Source: a bacterium (GTDB taxonomy: Bacteria; Hinthialibacterota; Hinthialibacteria; Hinthialibacterales; Hinthialibacteraceae). From it: a DNA stretch of 64,000 nucleotides. The DNA is taken from assembly GCA_963662285.2 (NCBI GenBank), contig CAXXMV010000002.1:1088001-1152000 (forward strand). Reading direction: 5' to 3'. A program made the position numbers and the translations under genes. This document shows positions 43,985 through 53,860 of the stretch, in pieces; position 1 is the first letter of the stretch; each line of letters begins with the position of its first letter. The notes below the pieces were generated by a model. That model was not told the origin of the DNA. It saw nothing but the letters and a program-made list of their open reading frames with translations, and did not search any database.

Positions 43985-45022
43985 CTAATAAGAGTGTGGA
44001 TTTTGACTATAGTTCCAATGGATTAAATCTTTAAGTTTTTGATAATGGAATAATTTTTCCATTGGATAAAGAGTGGAAAGGGCGAAATTGGTGGTTTGGA
44101 TTCCTGCTTCTTCTACAGCGGCGACCGGATTTAATCCGCCGGATACAATAAGGCCTGTTCTGCCTTCGTAGACGGGTAGATCCAGCAGTGGCTGATTGGG
44201 TTTGCCGATCAACAATATTCCCCCCAGACCAATCATCTTCAATTGTTGATTAATAGTTTTGACTTTTTCTAAAACATGTGAAGGTACTTCTCTAAAACTG
44301 GCGCCGATGCGCCCGTTTCCTTGGCTGGCGGTATTGCGTACGCTGGTTAATTTACCTTTTATAAATATCTCCAGCGGATCAAGCGAGGTTCCCGCATAGT
44401 CTATGATGTCAGTGAAGCGGGCGCATTGTTTGTTTTGGAATTCCAGAACTCCGCCAAAACGTGAACTAACCGGGATGCCGTTGTTTAATAAAACTCCATT
44501 AAGCGTGACGCCGCATACTGTACCGATGGCGACTTTGCCTGGGGGAACTTCGAAATTTCCCAGTTGTTTTCCTGCACGGCAAATGGTTATGTATTCTCCC
44601 ATACCGAGACCTGCTTCGAAAACGGGAAGCATTTCTTTCATAGCCTGGTTTAAGTTATGTTCGTTGATAGTGGAAATATTAAGTACGATTAATCCGGTCC
44701 GGGTTGGAATATGAAAGGTGGTCTGGCAGGCCAGGGCGTCGATTTTGACTGAAGTGAATCCTACCCGGTCAAATACCTGCGCATCCCGTATTTCGATAAT
44801 GCCATGCGGCGTGATGCTGCGACCGCCTTCACGTCCCCGGCTTGCTTTGCCGACCAGCCCCTCTTCTTCCATTTGTTGTAGGTATAGACGGATGGAACGG
44901 CTGCTCAATTGGAATCCAACATTCTCTAATTTTTCAGAGATGGTGGAACTTCCTATTGAGTGATGGTTATCACGCAAAATTTTCAATATGGCAATTTTGA
45001 TTTTGGGATGAATGTCTTTCAT
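43985..45022 (-). CDS. nrpR: NrpR-family nitrogen regulatory repressor (wHTH plus DUF128/NRD)
   Basis: wHTH AILKIL...IGSSTIS...LSSRSIRLYL; TVCGVTLNGVLL; GTSLDPLEIF; GGLNPVAA; start chosen at ATG 45022. Confidence 0.85.
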   Translation of the reverse strand: MKDIHPKIKIAILKILRDNHHSIGSSTISEKLENVGFQLSSRSIRLYLQQMEEEGLVGKASRGREGGRSITPHGIIEIRDAQVFDRVGFTSVKIDALACQTTFHIPTRTGLIVLNISTINEHNLNQAMKEMLPVFEAGLGMGEYITICRAGKQLGNFEVPPGKVAIGTVCGVTLNGVLLNNGIPVSSRFGGVLEFQNKQCARFTDIIDYAGTSLDPLEIFIKGKLTSVRNTASQGNGRIGASFREVPSHVLEKVKTINQQLKMIGLGGILLIGKPNQPLLDLPVYEGRTGLIVSGGLNPVAAVEEAGIQTTNFALSTLYPMEKLFHYQKLKDLIHWNYSQNPHSY

Positions 45023-45063
45023 ATAGTTATTATAGATATTTCGATTAAGTTTGTGATTGATTT

Positions 45064-46536
45064 TCAATTGTTTTTGCTTCGGTCAAGCAGGAAACGGGTA
45101 AGCAGGCGTACGCCTGCGCCGGTGGCGCCGTTGTTTAAGTATGCGATATCCTTGCTTGGTTTGGATGTACCCGCTATGTCGAGGTGGGCCCATTTTTGAT
45201 CTTTTGATTCGCATTGGGCGAATTGTCTGAGGAACTCACCTGCAGATATAGTACCTGCGCAACGGGCTTCACCGGTGTTTTTGATGTCGGCTATTTTGCT
45301 TTTTACATGATCTTTTAATTCTGGATATATGGGAAGTTCCCAGGCCCGGTCGTCGGTGGCGTTAGCTGCTTTTAACAGGTTATCCGCCAGATCGCGGTCA
45401 GATGACATGAGACCGGTGTATTCGTATCCCAGGGCAATAACAACCGCTCCGGTTAGGGTTGCGATGTCGATAATAGCGTCTGGTTTATAGTTTTTGGCCA
45501 TATAACTAATAGCGTCGGCCAGTACTAAGCGGCCTTCGGCGTCGGTGTTGCCGATCTCTACCGATTTGCCAGAGTAACTGATGATGACGTCGCCCGGTTT
45601 GTAGGATGAAGCGTCGATGGCGTTTTCGGCGATAGCGCAGACGAAGTATATGTTGCCGGAGATATTGAGTTCGATGGTGTTGCGCAGCGAGCCGATTACG
45701 GCGGCGGTTCCGCACATATCCATGCGCATGGTTTCCATCGAGCCAGTGGGTTTGAGGTTGAGCCCGCCCGAATCGAAGGTGATGCCTTTGCCGACCAGCG
45801 CTACGAAGGGATCATTTTCACCTGCGCCGCGATAGGTGACGATGATCAGTTTTGGTTCTTTGTTGCTGCCCTGGTTGACGGCCAGATGCAGGTTTAATCC
45901 CTCTTCTTGCATTTCTGAACGATTAAGGATTTTGATGGTGCAGCGGGAATCTGCTTCGGCTATTTGCTTGATTTGGTTTTCGAGAAAAACTGAATCGGCG
46001 ACATCGGCGTTTTCATTAGACAAATCGCGGGTTAAATTAACGCCAGCGGCGATCTTAACCGCTTGATCTACCGCATCGCGGTGGGATGTAAGAATGGTTA
46101 TGTCAAAATCATTATAATCATTGTCACTATCTTTATCGTCGTCCTGGCTGATGTATTTATCCCATGCATAAAGACCGAGCATGGCGCCGTCTATGATTGC
46201 GCGGATAGCGTCCTCTTCATCGTTGAGCGGCTTGATGACCACTGGTTTACCGGGTGAAAGCGGCTTGGTTTGCAGGGCTGATTTGGTCATTGAACCAAGT
46301 TGGCGCATGGAAAGAGAATCGGTTTCTTTACCTGCGCCAATCAGAATGGCGACTTTGTCCCCTTTGAAGATGGGGAGGTTTTGGCCGTCTTTGCCAGCGA
46401 ATAGTTTGGCTTGAACCGCTTCAGCGGCCAGATCATTAAGTTCCTTATCTGGAATCGAAACTGTTTTAGCTTCAGTGCAGAATATCACCCATTGTTTGGC
46501 GTTATTTGGCGCATCAATTGCAGCGGATATTTTCAT
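45064..46536 (-). CDS. pepA: Leucyl aminopeptidase (M17)
   Basis: LVGKGITFDSGG; DMCG; NTDAEGRLVLAD; ATLTGA; WAHLDIAG. Confidence 0.96.
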   Translation of the reverse strand: MKISAAIDAPNNAKQWVIFCTEAKTVSIPDKELNDLAAEAVQAKLFAGKDGQNLPIFKGDKVAILIGAGKETDSLSMRQLGSMTKSALQTKPLSPGKPVVIKPLNDEEDAIRAIIDGAMLGLYAWDKYISQDDDKDSDNDYNDFDITILTSHRDAVDQAVKIAAGVNLTRDLSNENADVADSVFLENQIKQIAEADSRCTIKILNRSEMQEEGLNLHLAVNQGSNKEPKLIIVTYRGAGENDPFVALVGKGITFDSGGLNLKPTGSMETMRMDMCGTAAVIGSLRNTIELNISGNIYFVCAIAENAIDASSYKPGDVIISYSGKSVEIGNTDAEGRLVLADAISYMAKNYKPDAIIDIATLTGAVVIALGYEYTGLMSSDRDLADNLLKAANATDDRAWELPIYPELKDHVKSKIADIKNTGEARCAGTISAGEFLRQFAQCESKDQKWAHLDIAGTSKPSKDIAYLNNGATGAGVRLLTRFLLDRSKNN

Positions 46537-46595
46537 GTTGGTTCCTTGATTTCTGAGATAATAGTAATTATGAAATTGAGAACATCACTATTTAG

Positions 46596-48353
46596 GGCTT
46601 GCTGAAAAACGTTTTCAACTACCGAAGATTATAATCTTCGGTAGTGACTCAGGGCGATGTACGAACGGGATCACTGCCGAATGAACTTTGATTGCTGAAA
46701 AAATTGATCCAGCGTCTCCATTTTGATTTGATAAGCGTTTGAAGCGCCTCTTGTATTACCTCAATCCACAAATCGATAAACAAAAAGAACCGATTTAAAT
46801 TACCCAGTCGTGAAATCTTATGCAGATTCATTACGAACAGGTTCAATCCGATAACCGTCAGTGAGGTTTCTGCCAGTTTAGCCATGATTCTCGCCAAGCC
46901 GAAGCGACGTTTTCCCTCTCCAAATTTTCCTTCAATGGCAACACGATCTATTTCATCTTGCCGGGCGAGTTGCTTTTGTTCCCGGCGAATGATTTTATCT
47001 TTTACGGGACGTCCCATCGCTGGGCCGGATATTCTAATACCATATTTTTTGCAATAATCCCTATTACTTTTGTTCCGGTAAATTTGATCTACATGAACCG
47101 ATTCAGGAAAGAAACCAAAATGGTGGCGAAAGTTTTTTATCGTTTGAATCAAATCTGTTGACTCGTTGAAATTGTTCCAATCAATTCTTTCCATAAACGC
47201 GAATCCATTGACCAGACTGAGATTTAGTTTTGCGCCAAACTCCGTCTCGGCATTGGCTTTGCCGCGTTTAATGGGACGCACATACGGAAACCAAATACTG
47301 ACAATCCTGTCAGCAATACGCTTTTGTTTCGAGTCATACATGATTTTTTGTTGTCGATATAATTCGCTGATCACCAACAGCGCCCGATAGAGGTTCCGTT
47401 TCAAAACACCTAGGGAAACAGTCTGCGAGAGAGTTTTTATATGCGCCAGATTTCTATTCACATAACCCAATTGTTTACGAATGGCTCGACGAATTACTTT
47501 GTATGGATTTCTTTTTTTCTTGGAGATAGCAAGATATTCTTTACGTGCATTTTCACGATAGGTACGTGGTTTCTTGCTGCCGTCCGGGCGTTCCTGATGG
47601 AGCCGATCAATTATCGCTTCCGTTTTTTCACGCGCTTCGTTGAGTAAATTCAAATCGGTGGGGTAACGAATATCGGCTGGAGTGCAAGTCGCATCGATCA
47701 ATAACTTGCCCCGGTTCTCAACCTCGAAAGTTTCATTGCCATCCTTATTGGACGTCGATTCATCTGATAACTTCATGGAATCTTTTGGAACGTCATCATC
47801 TTCATCTGATGATTTATCATCTTTGGGTTTCGCCGCCGCCAAGGTCATCGCTTCGTTAATTTTATTCATCGATTCGACGGGAAAACGTTTGCGGAAATGA
47901 ACCATCATGGAAGCATCAAAAGGTTCTCCGGTTTGAAAACCGTCCAATCCGATAAAAAACTGGAGATAAGGATTTTCACGGATCTGTTCGACAGTTTCAC
48001 GATCTGATGCTTTGAGTTCTTCTTTGATAACCAAAGAGCCAAATGCCATTCGGGCGGTCAGAGCCGGACAACCAGTCGTCGAGCCGCTTAACTTATTTTT
48101 GTATTCACGCTCAACCACCTCCCAGGGAATCATGGCCGCTTTTTTCACCCAGCGATTATCGGGATCAAGATAACCGCCAAAGGGCAAACCAAATTCGGGA
48201 AACATCGGAGTAAAAGAGTCGTTTTTATACATCTTTATCCACTCTCAAGTGCAAAGGTTTTAAGGGTTTTATGTAATTCCCCTTGCAGGATTCATAGAAT
48301 GAGTGTAGCATAAACTATTCATTTGTCAAGACTTGCATCTAAAACAGCAAGCC
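46596..48353 (-). mobile_element. IS5-family insertion sequence, apparently intact
   Basis: Terminal IRs GGCTTGCTG / CAGCAAGCC; flanking direct repeat CTATTTAG at 46588-46595 and 48354-48361 (or TATTTA if the ends are GGG/CCC). Confidence 0.9.
46649..48232 (-). CDS. IS5-family DDE transposase
   Basis: LDPDNRWV; ENPYLQFFIG; LIDATCTPADIRYPTD; EFGAK; VDQIY; IEGKFGEGKRRFGL. Confidence 0.93.
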   Translation of the reverse strand: MYKNDSFTPMFPEFGLPFGGYLDPDNRWVKKAAMIPWEVVEREYKNKLSGSTTGCPALTARMAFGSLVIKEELKASDRETVEQIRENPYLQFFIGLDGFQTGEPFDASMMVHFRKRFPVESMNKINEAMTLAAAKPKDDKSSDEDDDVPKDSMKLSDESTSNKDGNETFEVENRGKLLIDATCTPADIRYPTDLNLLNEAREKTEAIIDRLHQERPDGSKKPRTYRENARKEYLAISKKKRNPYKVIRRAIRKQLGYVNRNLAHIKTLSQTVSLGVLKRNLYRALLVISELYRQQKIMYDSKQKRIADRIVSIWFPYVRPIKRGKANAETEFGAKLNLSLVNGFAFMERIDWNNFNESTDLIQTIKNFRHHFGFFPESVHVDQIYRNKSNRDYCKKYGIRISGPAMGRPVKDKIIRREQKQLARQDEIDRVAIEGKFGEGKRRFGLARIMAKLAETSLTVIGLNLFVMNLHKISRLGNLNRFFLFIDLWIEVIQEALQTLIKSKWRRWINFFSNQSSFGSDPVRTSP

Positions 48354-48380
48354 CTATTTAGTTTAGTACATATTTAGCGT

Positions 48381-48460
48381 GTAGGGTGGATCGCGCCTTA
48401 CCGACCCACCGAGAATAATTAAGTTATTCCGGTGGGTCATAAAAACGCGACCCACCCTAC
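48381..48460. repeat. GTAG-class REP doublet (inverted pair)
   Basis: gtagggtggatcgcg...gacccaccg and cggtgggtc...cgcgacccaccctac. Confidence 0.75.
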
Positions 48461-48695
48461 GGGGTTGCTTTAGTTATTTTAGTGCGTCTTTAGTGGTTAT
48501 AGTAGGAAGAGGGTGTCTGGAAAGTATGACGAAATGGTTTGAGTGACTGTTTGAGGTGAAACGAGTAATACGGGAAGAGTTGCTGGCTCTTAGCGTTGTG
48601 ATTGTATGTCTGATTATTCCAGCGATTTTATTTGCATTAATAGAGATTTTTATGTTAAGATAAAAATCGAATTTTACAAAAAAGGAGGGAATATA

Positions 48696-50144
48696 ATGAT
48701 GAGTCGTTCTTTCGCTTTGCAGATTATCACCTTAATCCTTTGCTTTTTATCGATTGCTAATGTGGGGCAGACCTCTGTAACTCTGACGCCGGGCGTCTAC
48801 TCAGCAGATGATTTGCTCGCCGATCCTGAACCAGTGACGGTTGTTGCTATGGGGACGGATGATTACTATGAAGACGAATTCAGAAAAACCAAAGAAGAAA
48901 CATATAATCTCGAAATTTATGAACTAACACCGGGGCTATATCAATTTGTGAATGATCCTGCCGCAAAGACTGATTCCGCCGCAATGCACTCTGATATCAA
49001 TGCCTTTAATATATCCTCGATAATTGCTGATTCCGGCGCTGACGGCGTGTTGATTCGTGGAACGGGAAGGTATCCCGGTGAAACAGCAATTAGTTTTGGT
49101 TTGATTAACGAATATCCAGAACTCCCTGTCGGCGCTGATGGAGAAATCGATTATGATCAAACTGCGGTTGAGATCGGGTATCAATTCTATACCGGAAGGC
49201 GCTGTTTCAATGTAGATGGAGTCATCGCCGTATTTGAAAATATATCTATTGGTGATCATGCGAATAACAATATAGGCGTCGTTCATACATTTGGCAGTGG
49301 ACGCACCTTCATGAACGATGTCTGGATATATAACGTGTATGATGGCATCTTTTTTGATGACGCCGGTGACGGGTATTTTGTTAATTGTATTTTGCACCAG
49401 ACATATCAACCCTGGAATACGGTGCAGGAAGCCAATGACGCTGGATATTTTAATGATGACTGGAAAGCGCTTGTTCAACCTGGAGGTAGTTCAACATTTT
49501 CGGAAGGGACGGGATTGAGCGAAGAAGATTATCCACAAATCGCCGGGGTTATTCTGGGTAACAACACCGCAGATGGATGGAATATTAACCTGTTCGAAAC
49601 CGAAGGCGCTGATCCCCAAAATGTGTATCTAAAAAACTGTACCATCGTGCGCCATCAAATCAGGGATTCAAGTAGATTGTGGCGGCATAACACAGGCAGT
49701 GGAATAGGCGCGTTTGCTTTAATTGAAGACTGCATGATCTTGAGTGTTGATCTTGATCCGAATGCACAGATTTACATTGATACTGATGATGCTGATTTCC
49801 GGGGATATATGTTCAACACAAAAATCTGGAATTACGCTTCGGAATCTACGCAACTTTCAGGAATTAGCCTCGCCAATTGGAATATCGATCCCAGCGATCC
49901 CTTCTTTCAGGAAGACGCTTTTGTAGACCTGGATACGCCCGGTGGACTCGACATAACGGATGCGTCAGAATTATTCCGCCTGGATGGGCGTAAACTGACC
50001 AGTTTTCTTGATGGCTCAATCGAATTAACCCTGGCCAGCGATGGCGGACCAGTAGGCTATCGCCTGCCAGAAACTGCACCTGACGGACCTCTACCCGTAA
50101 CCAGGGGTGAGCCGCTCAACGTAAGCCAGTGGTCTTTATATTAA
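48696..50144 (+). CDS. Secreted acidic hypothetical protein (beta-helix-like), C-terminus VSQWSLY
   Basis: RBS AAGGAGG before ATG 48696; Sec-type signal peptide; repeated x-x-N/D-C/V-x-I beta-helix-like patterns. Confidence 0.8.
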   Translation: MMSRSFALQIITLILCFLSIANVGQTSVTLTPGVYSADDLLADPEPVTVVAMGTDDYYEDEFRKTKEETYNLEIYELTPGLYQFVNDPAAKTDSAAMHSDINAFNISSIIADSGADGVLIRGTGRYPGETAISFGLINEYPELPVGADGEIDYDQTAVEIGYQFYTGRRCFNVDGVIAVFENISIGDHANNNIGVVHTFGSGRTFMNDVWIYNVYDGIFFDDAGDGYFVNCILHQTYQPWNTVQEANDAGYFNDDWKALVQPGGSSTFSEGTGLSEEDYPQIAGVILGNNTADGWNINLFETEGADPQNVYLKNCTIVRHQIRDSSRLWRHNTGSGIGAFALIEDCMILSVDLDPNAQIYIDTDDADFRGYMFNTKIWNYASESTQLSGISLANWNIDPSDPFFQEDAFVDLDTPGGLDITDASELFRLDGRKLTSFLDGSIELTLASDGGPVGYRLPETAPDGPLPVTRGEPLNVSQWSLY

Positions 50145-50177
50145 TTCCTAAAACGGTAATTAGATAATGATGAATTA

Positions 50178-50211
50178 ATTCCGGTGGGTCATAAAACGCG
50201 ACTCACCCTAC
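50178..50211. repeat. Single GTAG-class REP copy
   Basis: attccggtgggtcataaaacgcgactcaccctac, near-identical to 48426-48460. Confidence 0.75.
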
Positions 50212-50214
50212 TGA

Positions 50215-50246
50215 GCTAATGCGGGGTTTTAACGCCCCGCATTAGC
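50215..50246. terminator. Hairpin between convergent genes
   Basis: gctaatgcgggg ... ccccgcattagc 12-bp perfect stem. Confidence 0.7.
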
Positions 50247-50289
50247 CGTTTGTAAAGCATTATATTGGTTGGGAAGGAGGGTAGTCAGT

Positions 50290-52383
50290 TTAATCAGCAT
50301 CCTTGAGACTTACGGAAATGTCGCCGTCACCGGTGCGTCCTTTGATGGTGACGCCCCCGCCGTTGAGTAATGCCTGGGCGGTTCTCTTCTTGATTGTTCC
50401 TGTGAATGCTTTCTTATCCAAATCCAGTTCACCATCGCCGCATGTCAGATCGAATGTTGCTGTTGAATTGCGTGGAATGGTAATATCGATATCGCCGTCA
50501 CTGCTTTTTAAGAAGCAATCTTTGGATGGGATAGCGACGAAATTAATCTTGATGGTTCCATCGGGAGACTCCGCCTGCACCTGATGCTTAACTTTATCCA
50601 TAGTAAGATCGCCATCTTCGGAACTGATATTGAGCGGCCCGGGACAGTTGAGCGCCACGATGTCGCCGTCTTCTGTTTTCGCTGTGATGGCGCCTGAACA
50701 ATCGGTAATAACCAGATCGCCATCTTGGGATACAGCATTTACTACGTCGCTGCATTGAAGGACGGTTACATCGCCATCCCTGGATTGGGCGTCCACCGAA
50801 GCGGATATGCCTTTGACTTCAACGTCGCCGTCTTGGCATAACGCCTTGACTAACCAGACAGCCGGAACCTTGGCATTGACAAGAATCGAGATGCTAAGGC
50901 CATTGGGATTCTTTTTCGGTATAACCCCACGTATGACGGCGTGTTTCTTCTCATTGTCTGTTTCGATTACGAAGTGTACTGTTTCTTTGATTTTCTGGAT
51001 ATCTTCGTCGGTGTATGTTGGAGCAGATTTATTATTATTTTTCTTAATAATAATTTTTGCTTCGACGCTGAGTTTGTGGTTATTCTTGCTATCCTGGGGA
51101 GTAATGATTATTTCTCCATCAGGAACGACAAATTCGATTGAATTAATAAATTCGTTTGCTATCTCGAATGATTCTCCCCGGATATATTGGTTTCCTTTTG
51201 TGACAGGTTTGGCGTTGTGTTCTCCTTTATCTTCTTCTGAATGTGAGGAATGCTGTACAGTGTCCTGAACATGCGTGGTGACTTGCGTTGCATGTTCTTT
51301 GGTTTCCTGCATCGCTCCACTGAATGGAACAATCAGCAGGGTCAATACGGTTAGTAGTACGATGGAACTGATGGTGAGTCTTGCCTGATGCGTCTGGTTA
51401 TGATCTAAAATCCTCATAAGCCTCTCCTTAACAATCTGTTTTGAGTTGAATAGGCCTAATAATCCCGTTGCCGGGAGTCGCGCGCTGTTTACTTGGAATA
51501 CTACGTTTAAGAATCCTTCGCCGCAGTCCCGCCGGGGGACGTTGGCGTGGATGGCGGCCAAATCGTCGCAGACGAATTCACGCTGGCGGTCGAGCATCCA
51601 ATTGGCGAGCCATACCGCCGGGTGGAAGAAGAAGAGCGTCTGGGCGATCTTTTGTATTAACCGGGCCAGCGCATCATACCTTTTTATATGGGCTAACTCG
51701 TGCAATAGAATCCAACTGATCTGGTTGGTGGTGTATTTTTGGGATATGTCGTTTGGTATTAAAAGAACTGGCGACGTGATGCCATAGACGATGGGCGAAC
51801 TGACCCATTGGTTGGTAGCCAGCCGCACGGGACGTTGGACTCTGGCCGTCGCTTTTAACTGCTGGAAAGATACTGGCAGTTGATTTGGATCGATGGTGTG
51901 CGACTGTTTAACTGAAACGGCTGTGCGCCATTCTGAGTAAACGAATCTGGCGAATAGAATCAATGATATTAAAGCCCAGCCCAGCATCAGGATTGTACTG
52001 ATCGGCAGCTGGATTAAGGGCTGGTTTATAGATGAAACGGGCAGTGATGTTTGTAGCGCCGTTGCATCAAGGCTTTGGTTAATTTTGGGTATAGCAACAA
52101 CCGGATTGCTGATCGTTGGAGTTGAGGTGATGCTGATGTTTTGTGATGTAAGTGCGTCTAGTGATATCAGATTTGGAATTGCAATGGGTTGCTGGAACGG
52201 GATGAATAATTTGATAATAACCAGCATGAATAGCCAGTAACCGAATTGGGCGTGCACCCGGTTTCGGGTCATAAGCCATATCAGCCCGACGATCAGAAAA
52301 ACCCAGGCGGCATCGATGGAGCGCATCCACATAAAATCCATCCAGCTCTGCGCTACGGTGTTTAACCATTCGATTGGATTCAC
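50290..52383 (-). CDS. BlaR1/M56-family metallopeptidase sensor with C-terminal DUF4097-like beta-repeat domain
   Basis: TMs, LLHELAHIKRYD (HExxH), FFHPAVW, REFVCDD, ERLMRI; C-terminal repeats of xxDGD[IVL]. Confidence 0.88.
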   Translation of the reverse strand: MNPIEWLNTVAQSWMDFMWMRSIDAAWVFLIVGLIWLMTRNRVHAQFGYWLFMLVIIKLFIPFQQPIAIPNLISLDALTSQNISITSTPTISNPVVAIPKINQSLDATALQTSLPVSSINQPLIQLPISTILMLGWALISLILFARFVYSEWRTAVSVKQSHTIDPNQLPVSFQQLKATARVQRPVRLATNQWVSSPIVYGITSPVLLIPNDISQKYTTNQISWILLHELAHIKRYDALARLIQKIAQTLFFFHPAVWLANWMLDRQREFVCDDLAAIHANVPRRDCGEGFLNVVFQVNSARLPATGLLGLFNSKQIVKERLMRILDHNQTHQARLTISSIVLLTVLTLLIVPFSGAMQETKEHATQVTTHVQDTVQHSSHSEEDKGEHNAKPVTKGNQYIRGESFEIANEFINSIEFVVPDGEIIITPQDSKNNHKLSVEAKIIIKKNNNKSAPTYTDEDIQKIKETVHFVIETDNEKKHAVIRGVIPKKNPNGLSISILVNAKVPAVWLVKALCQDGDVEVKGISASVDAQSRDGDVTVLQCSDVVNAVSQDGDLVITDCSGAITAKTEDGDIVALNCPGPLNISSEDGDLTMDKVKHQVQAESPDGTIKINFVAIPSKDCFLKSSDGDIDITIPRNSTATFDLTCGDGELDLDKKAFTGTIKKRTAQALLNGGGVTIKGRTGDGDISVSLKDAD

Positions 52384-52385
52384 GA

Positions 52386-52784
52386 TTAATTCTCCTCATC
52401 TTTGTGTTGATCGAGGATGGACTGTAATTCACTGATCTCTTTATCAGACAATTGAATCTTGTTGGCCATGTAACATAGCAATTGGCCTTGCACTGGGCCG
52501 GAACTCTTTTCGATGAAATCATCCGCCGCCTTGGTCAGCGTATCGATAGCCGGTTGAGCCGGACGGTAGATGAATTTTTTGCCATCGTCCTTAGTTTTGA
52601 GGAAACCTTTATCGACCAATTTACTGAGTATGGTCTTAACCGTGGTCGGCGCCCAGCCGTACTGCTGTCCTGCGATTTCGAATACTTCACGGGCCGGGGC
52701 GGAATTAAGGTCCCACAGAATCTTCATGATTTTCCATTCAGTCTGAGTTAACACATCGGCTGCCTTTTTTCGCATGATACCCAC
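52386..52784 (-). CDS. BlaI/MecI/CopY-family transcriptional repressor
   Basis: LTQTEWKIMKILW; WAPTTVKTILSKLVDKGFL; FIYRP. Confidence 0.93.
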   Translation of the reverse strand: MGIMRKKAADVLTQTEWKIMKILWDLNSAPAREVFEIAGQQYGWAPTTVKTILSKLVDKGFLKTKDDGKKFIYRPAQPAIDTLTKAADDFIEKSSGPVQGQLLCYMANKIQLSDKEISELQSILDQHKDEEN

Positions 52785-52808
52785 CTATTAATAAAGAACA
52801 TTCGCTAT

Positions 52809-52846
52809 CTGACTATAACTATAGTTATAGTCAGGCGCGGCGTCAA
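52809..52846 (-). promoter_or_regulatory. blaI-blaR promoter overlapped by a perfect 26-bp operator palindrome
   Basis: CTGACTATAACTATAGTTATAGTCAG (52809-52834); minus strand TTGACG-N17-TATAGT with the -10 inside the palindrome. Confidence 0.85.
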
Positions 52847-53085
52847 GTGTTTTTTTTGAAATTTATTAAATTTGGTTATATGAAAAGAGTTTGTGGATAT
52901 AGTGTTTCGACTTAATTCTAGCAAAATGTAGTGTTTATACGATACGGAATTTTATTGCCATATTTTCCTTACAGCCAATAAGAGGTAATAATTTTATTTT
53001 ACTATAAACTCCAATTGTAAATGCTTGTTGGTAATGATAATATTTGCTATGAGAAATTGTTAGAACAAGTTTGTCGGAGTTTATA

Positions 53086-53859
53086 ATGTCTATATCAGAA
53101 GTTTTTCCTAATCCTACAGTGAAACAAGTTATATTTCAAATCAGATTTCCAAACTTATTTTATATTGGAAATAAGATTGGCGATTATCAAATGAAAATCA
53201 TGGAGAAATTTCCTGAATCAAAACTTGTTCAGCGTCAAAAGTTTATTATTGCGGAAACAGATTCTGGTGATGATTTTGAAAAAATATATGATAAAAGTGG
53301 AGGTTCCGAGCAACAAATAATTTGGAAATTTAATTCAAATAATGGTGTTGAACTTAATGTCCAAAGTGGATCAATTGATTTATCATCTTCTCATCATAAA
53401 ACTTATAATAATGAAAGTGCTAATAACGAAGATCGTTTTAGGGAGATAATAAAATATTCAATAGATAACTTTCTCCAAGTAGTATCTATTCCAATAATAT
53501 CTCGTATTGGATTAAGGTACATAGATGAATGTTTTGTTCCAGGAGTTGATAATGAAGGTTATGGTAGTTTTTATAATTCGACCTTTGCTTTAGATAGGTT
53601 TCCAATTGAGAAGACGATACAGTCAGATTTTAGGACAACTCAACGAATAGGTGATTATAAAGTTATGTTTCGTGAGTATTTTCAAAATGTTAATGATGAA
53701 CCCAAATTAATCTTAGATTTTGATGGTTTCGCAGAGAATATAAAAACAGAAGATTATCTTGCGAAATTAGATGATTTACATGATTTGATAATTGCAGAAT
53801 ATGAGAAATCACTAAAACAGCCTGCGCTTGATTATATGAGAGAAAAGAAGGTACAGTAG
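53086..53859 (+). CDS. TIGR04255-like protein
   Basis: FPNPTVKQVIFQIRF N-terminus; RIGLRYID; LILDFD; LDDLHD; start chosen at ATG after GGAG. Confidence 0.8.
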   Translation: MSISEVFPNPTVKQVIFQIRFPNLFYIGNKIGDYQMKIMEKFPESKLVQRQKFIIAETDSGDDFEKIYDKSGGSEQQIIWKFNSNNGVELNVQSGSIDLSSSHHKTYNNESANNEDRFREIIKYSIDNFLQVVSIPIISRIGLRYIDECFVPGVDNEGYGSFYNSTFALDRFPIEKTIQSDFRTTQRIGDYKVMFREYFQNVNDEPKLILDFDGFAENIKTEDYLAKLDDLHDLIIAEYEKSLKQPALDYMREKKVQ

Positions 53860-53860
53860 A

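Noticed and set aside
48936-49478. 180-aa antisense ORF
   Set aside because: Shadow of the secreted-protein gene; no RBS or recognisable motif.
52079-52522. 147-aa alternative-frame ORF spanning blaI and blaR1
   Set aside because: Overlaps two clearly real genes on the same strand in another frame.
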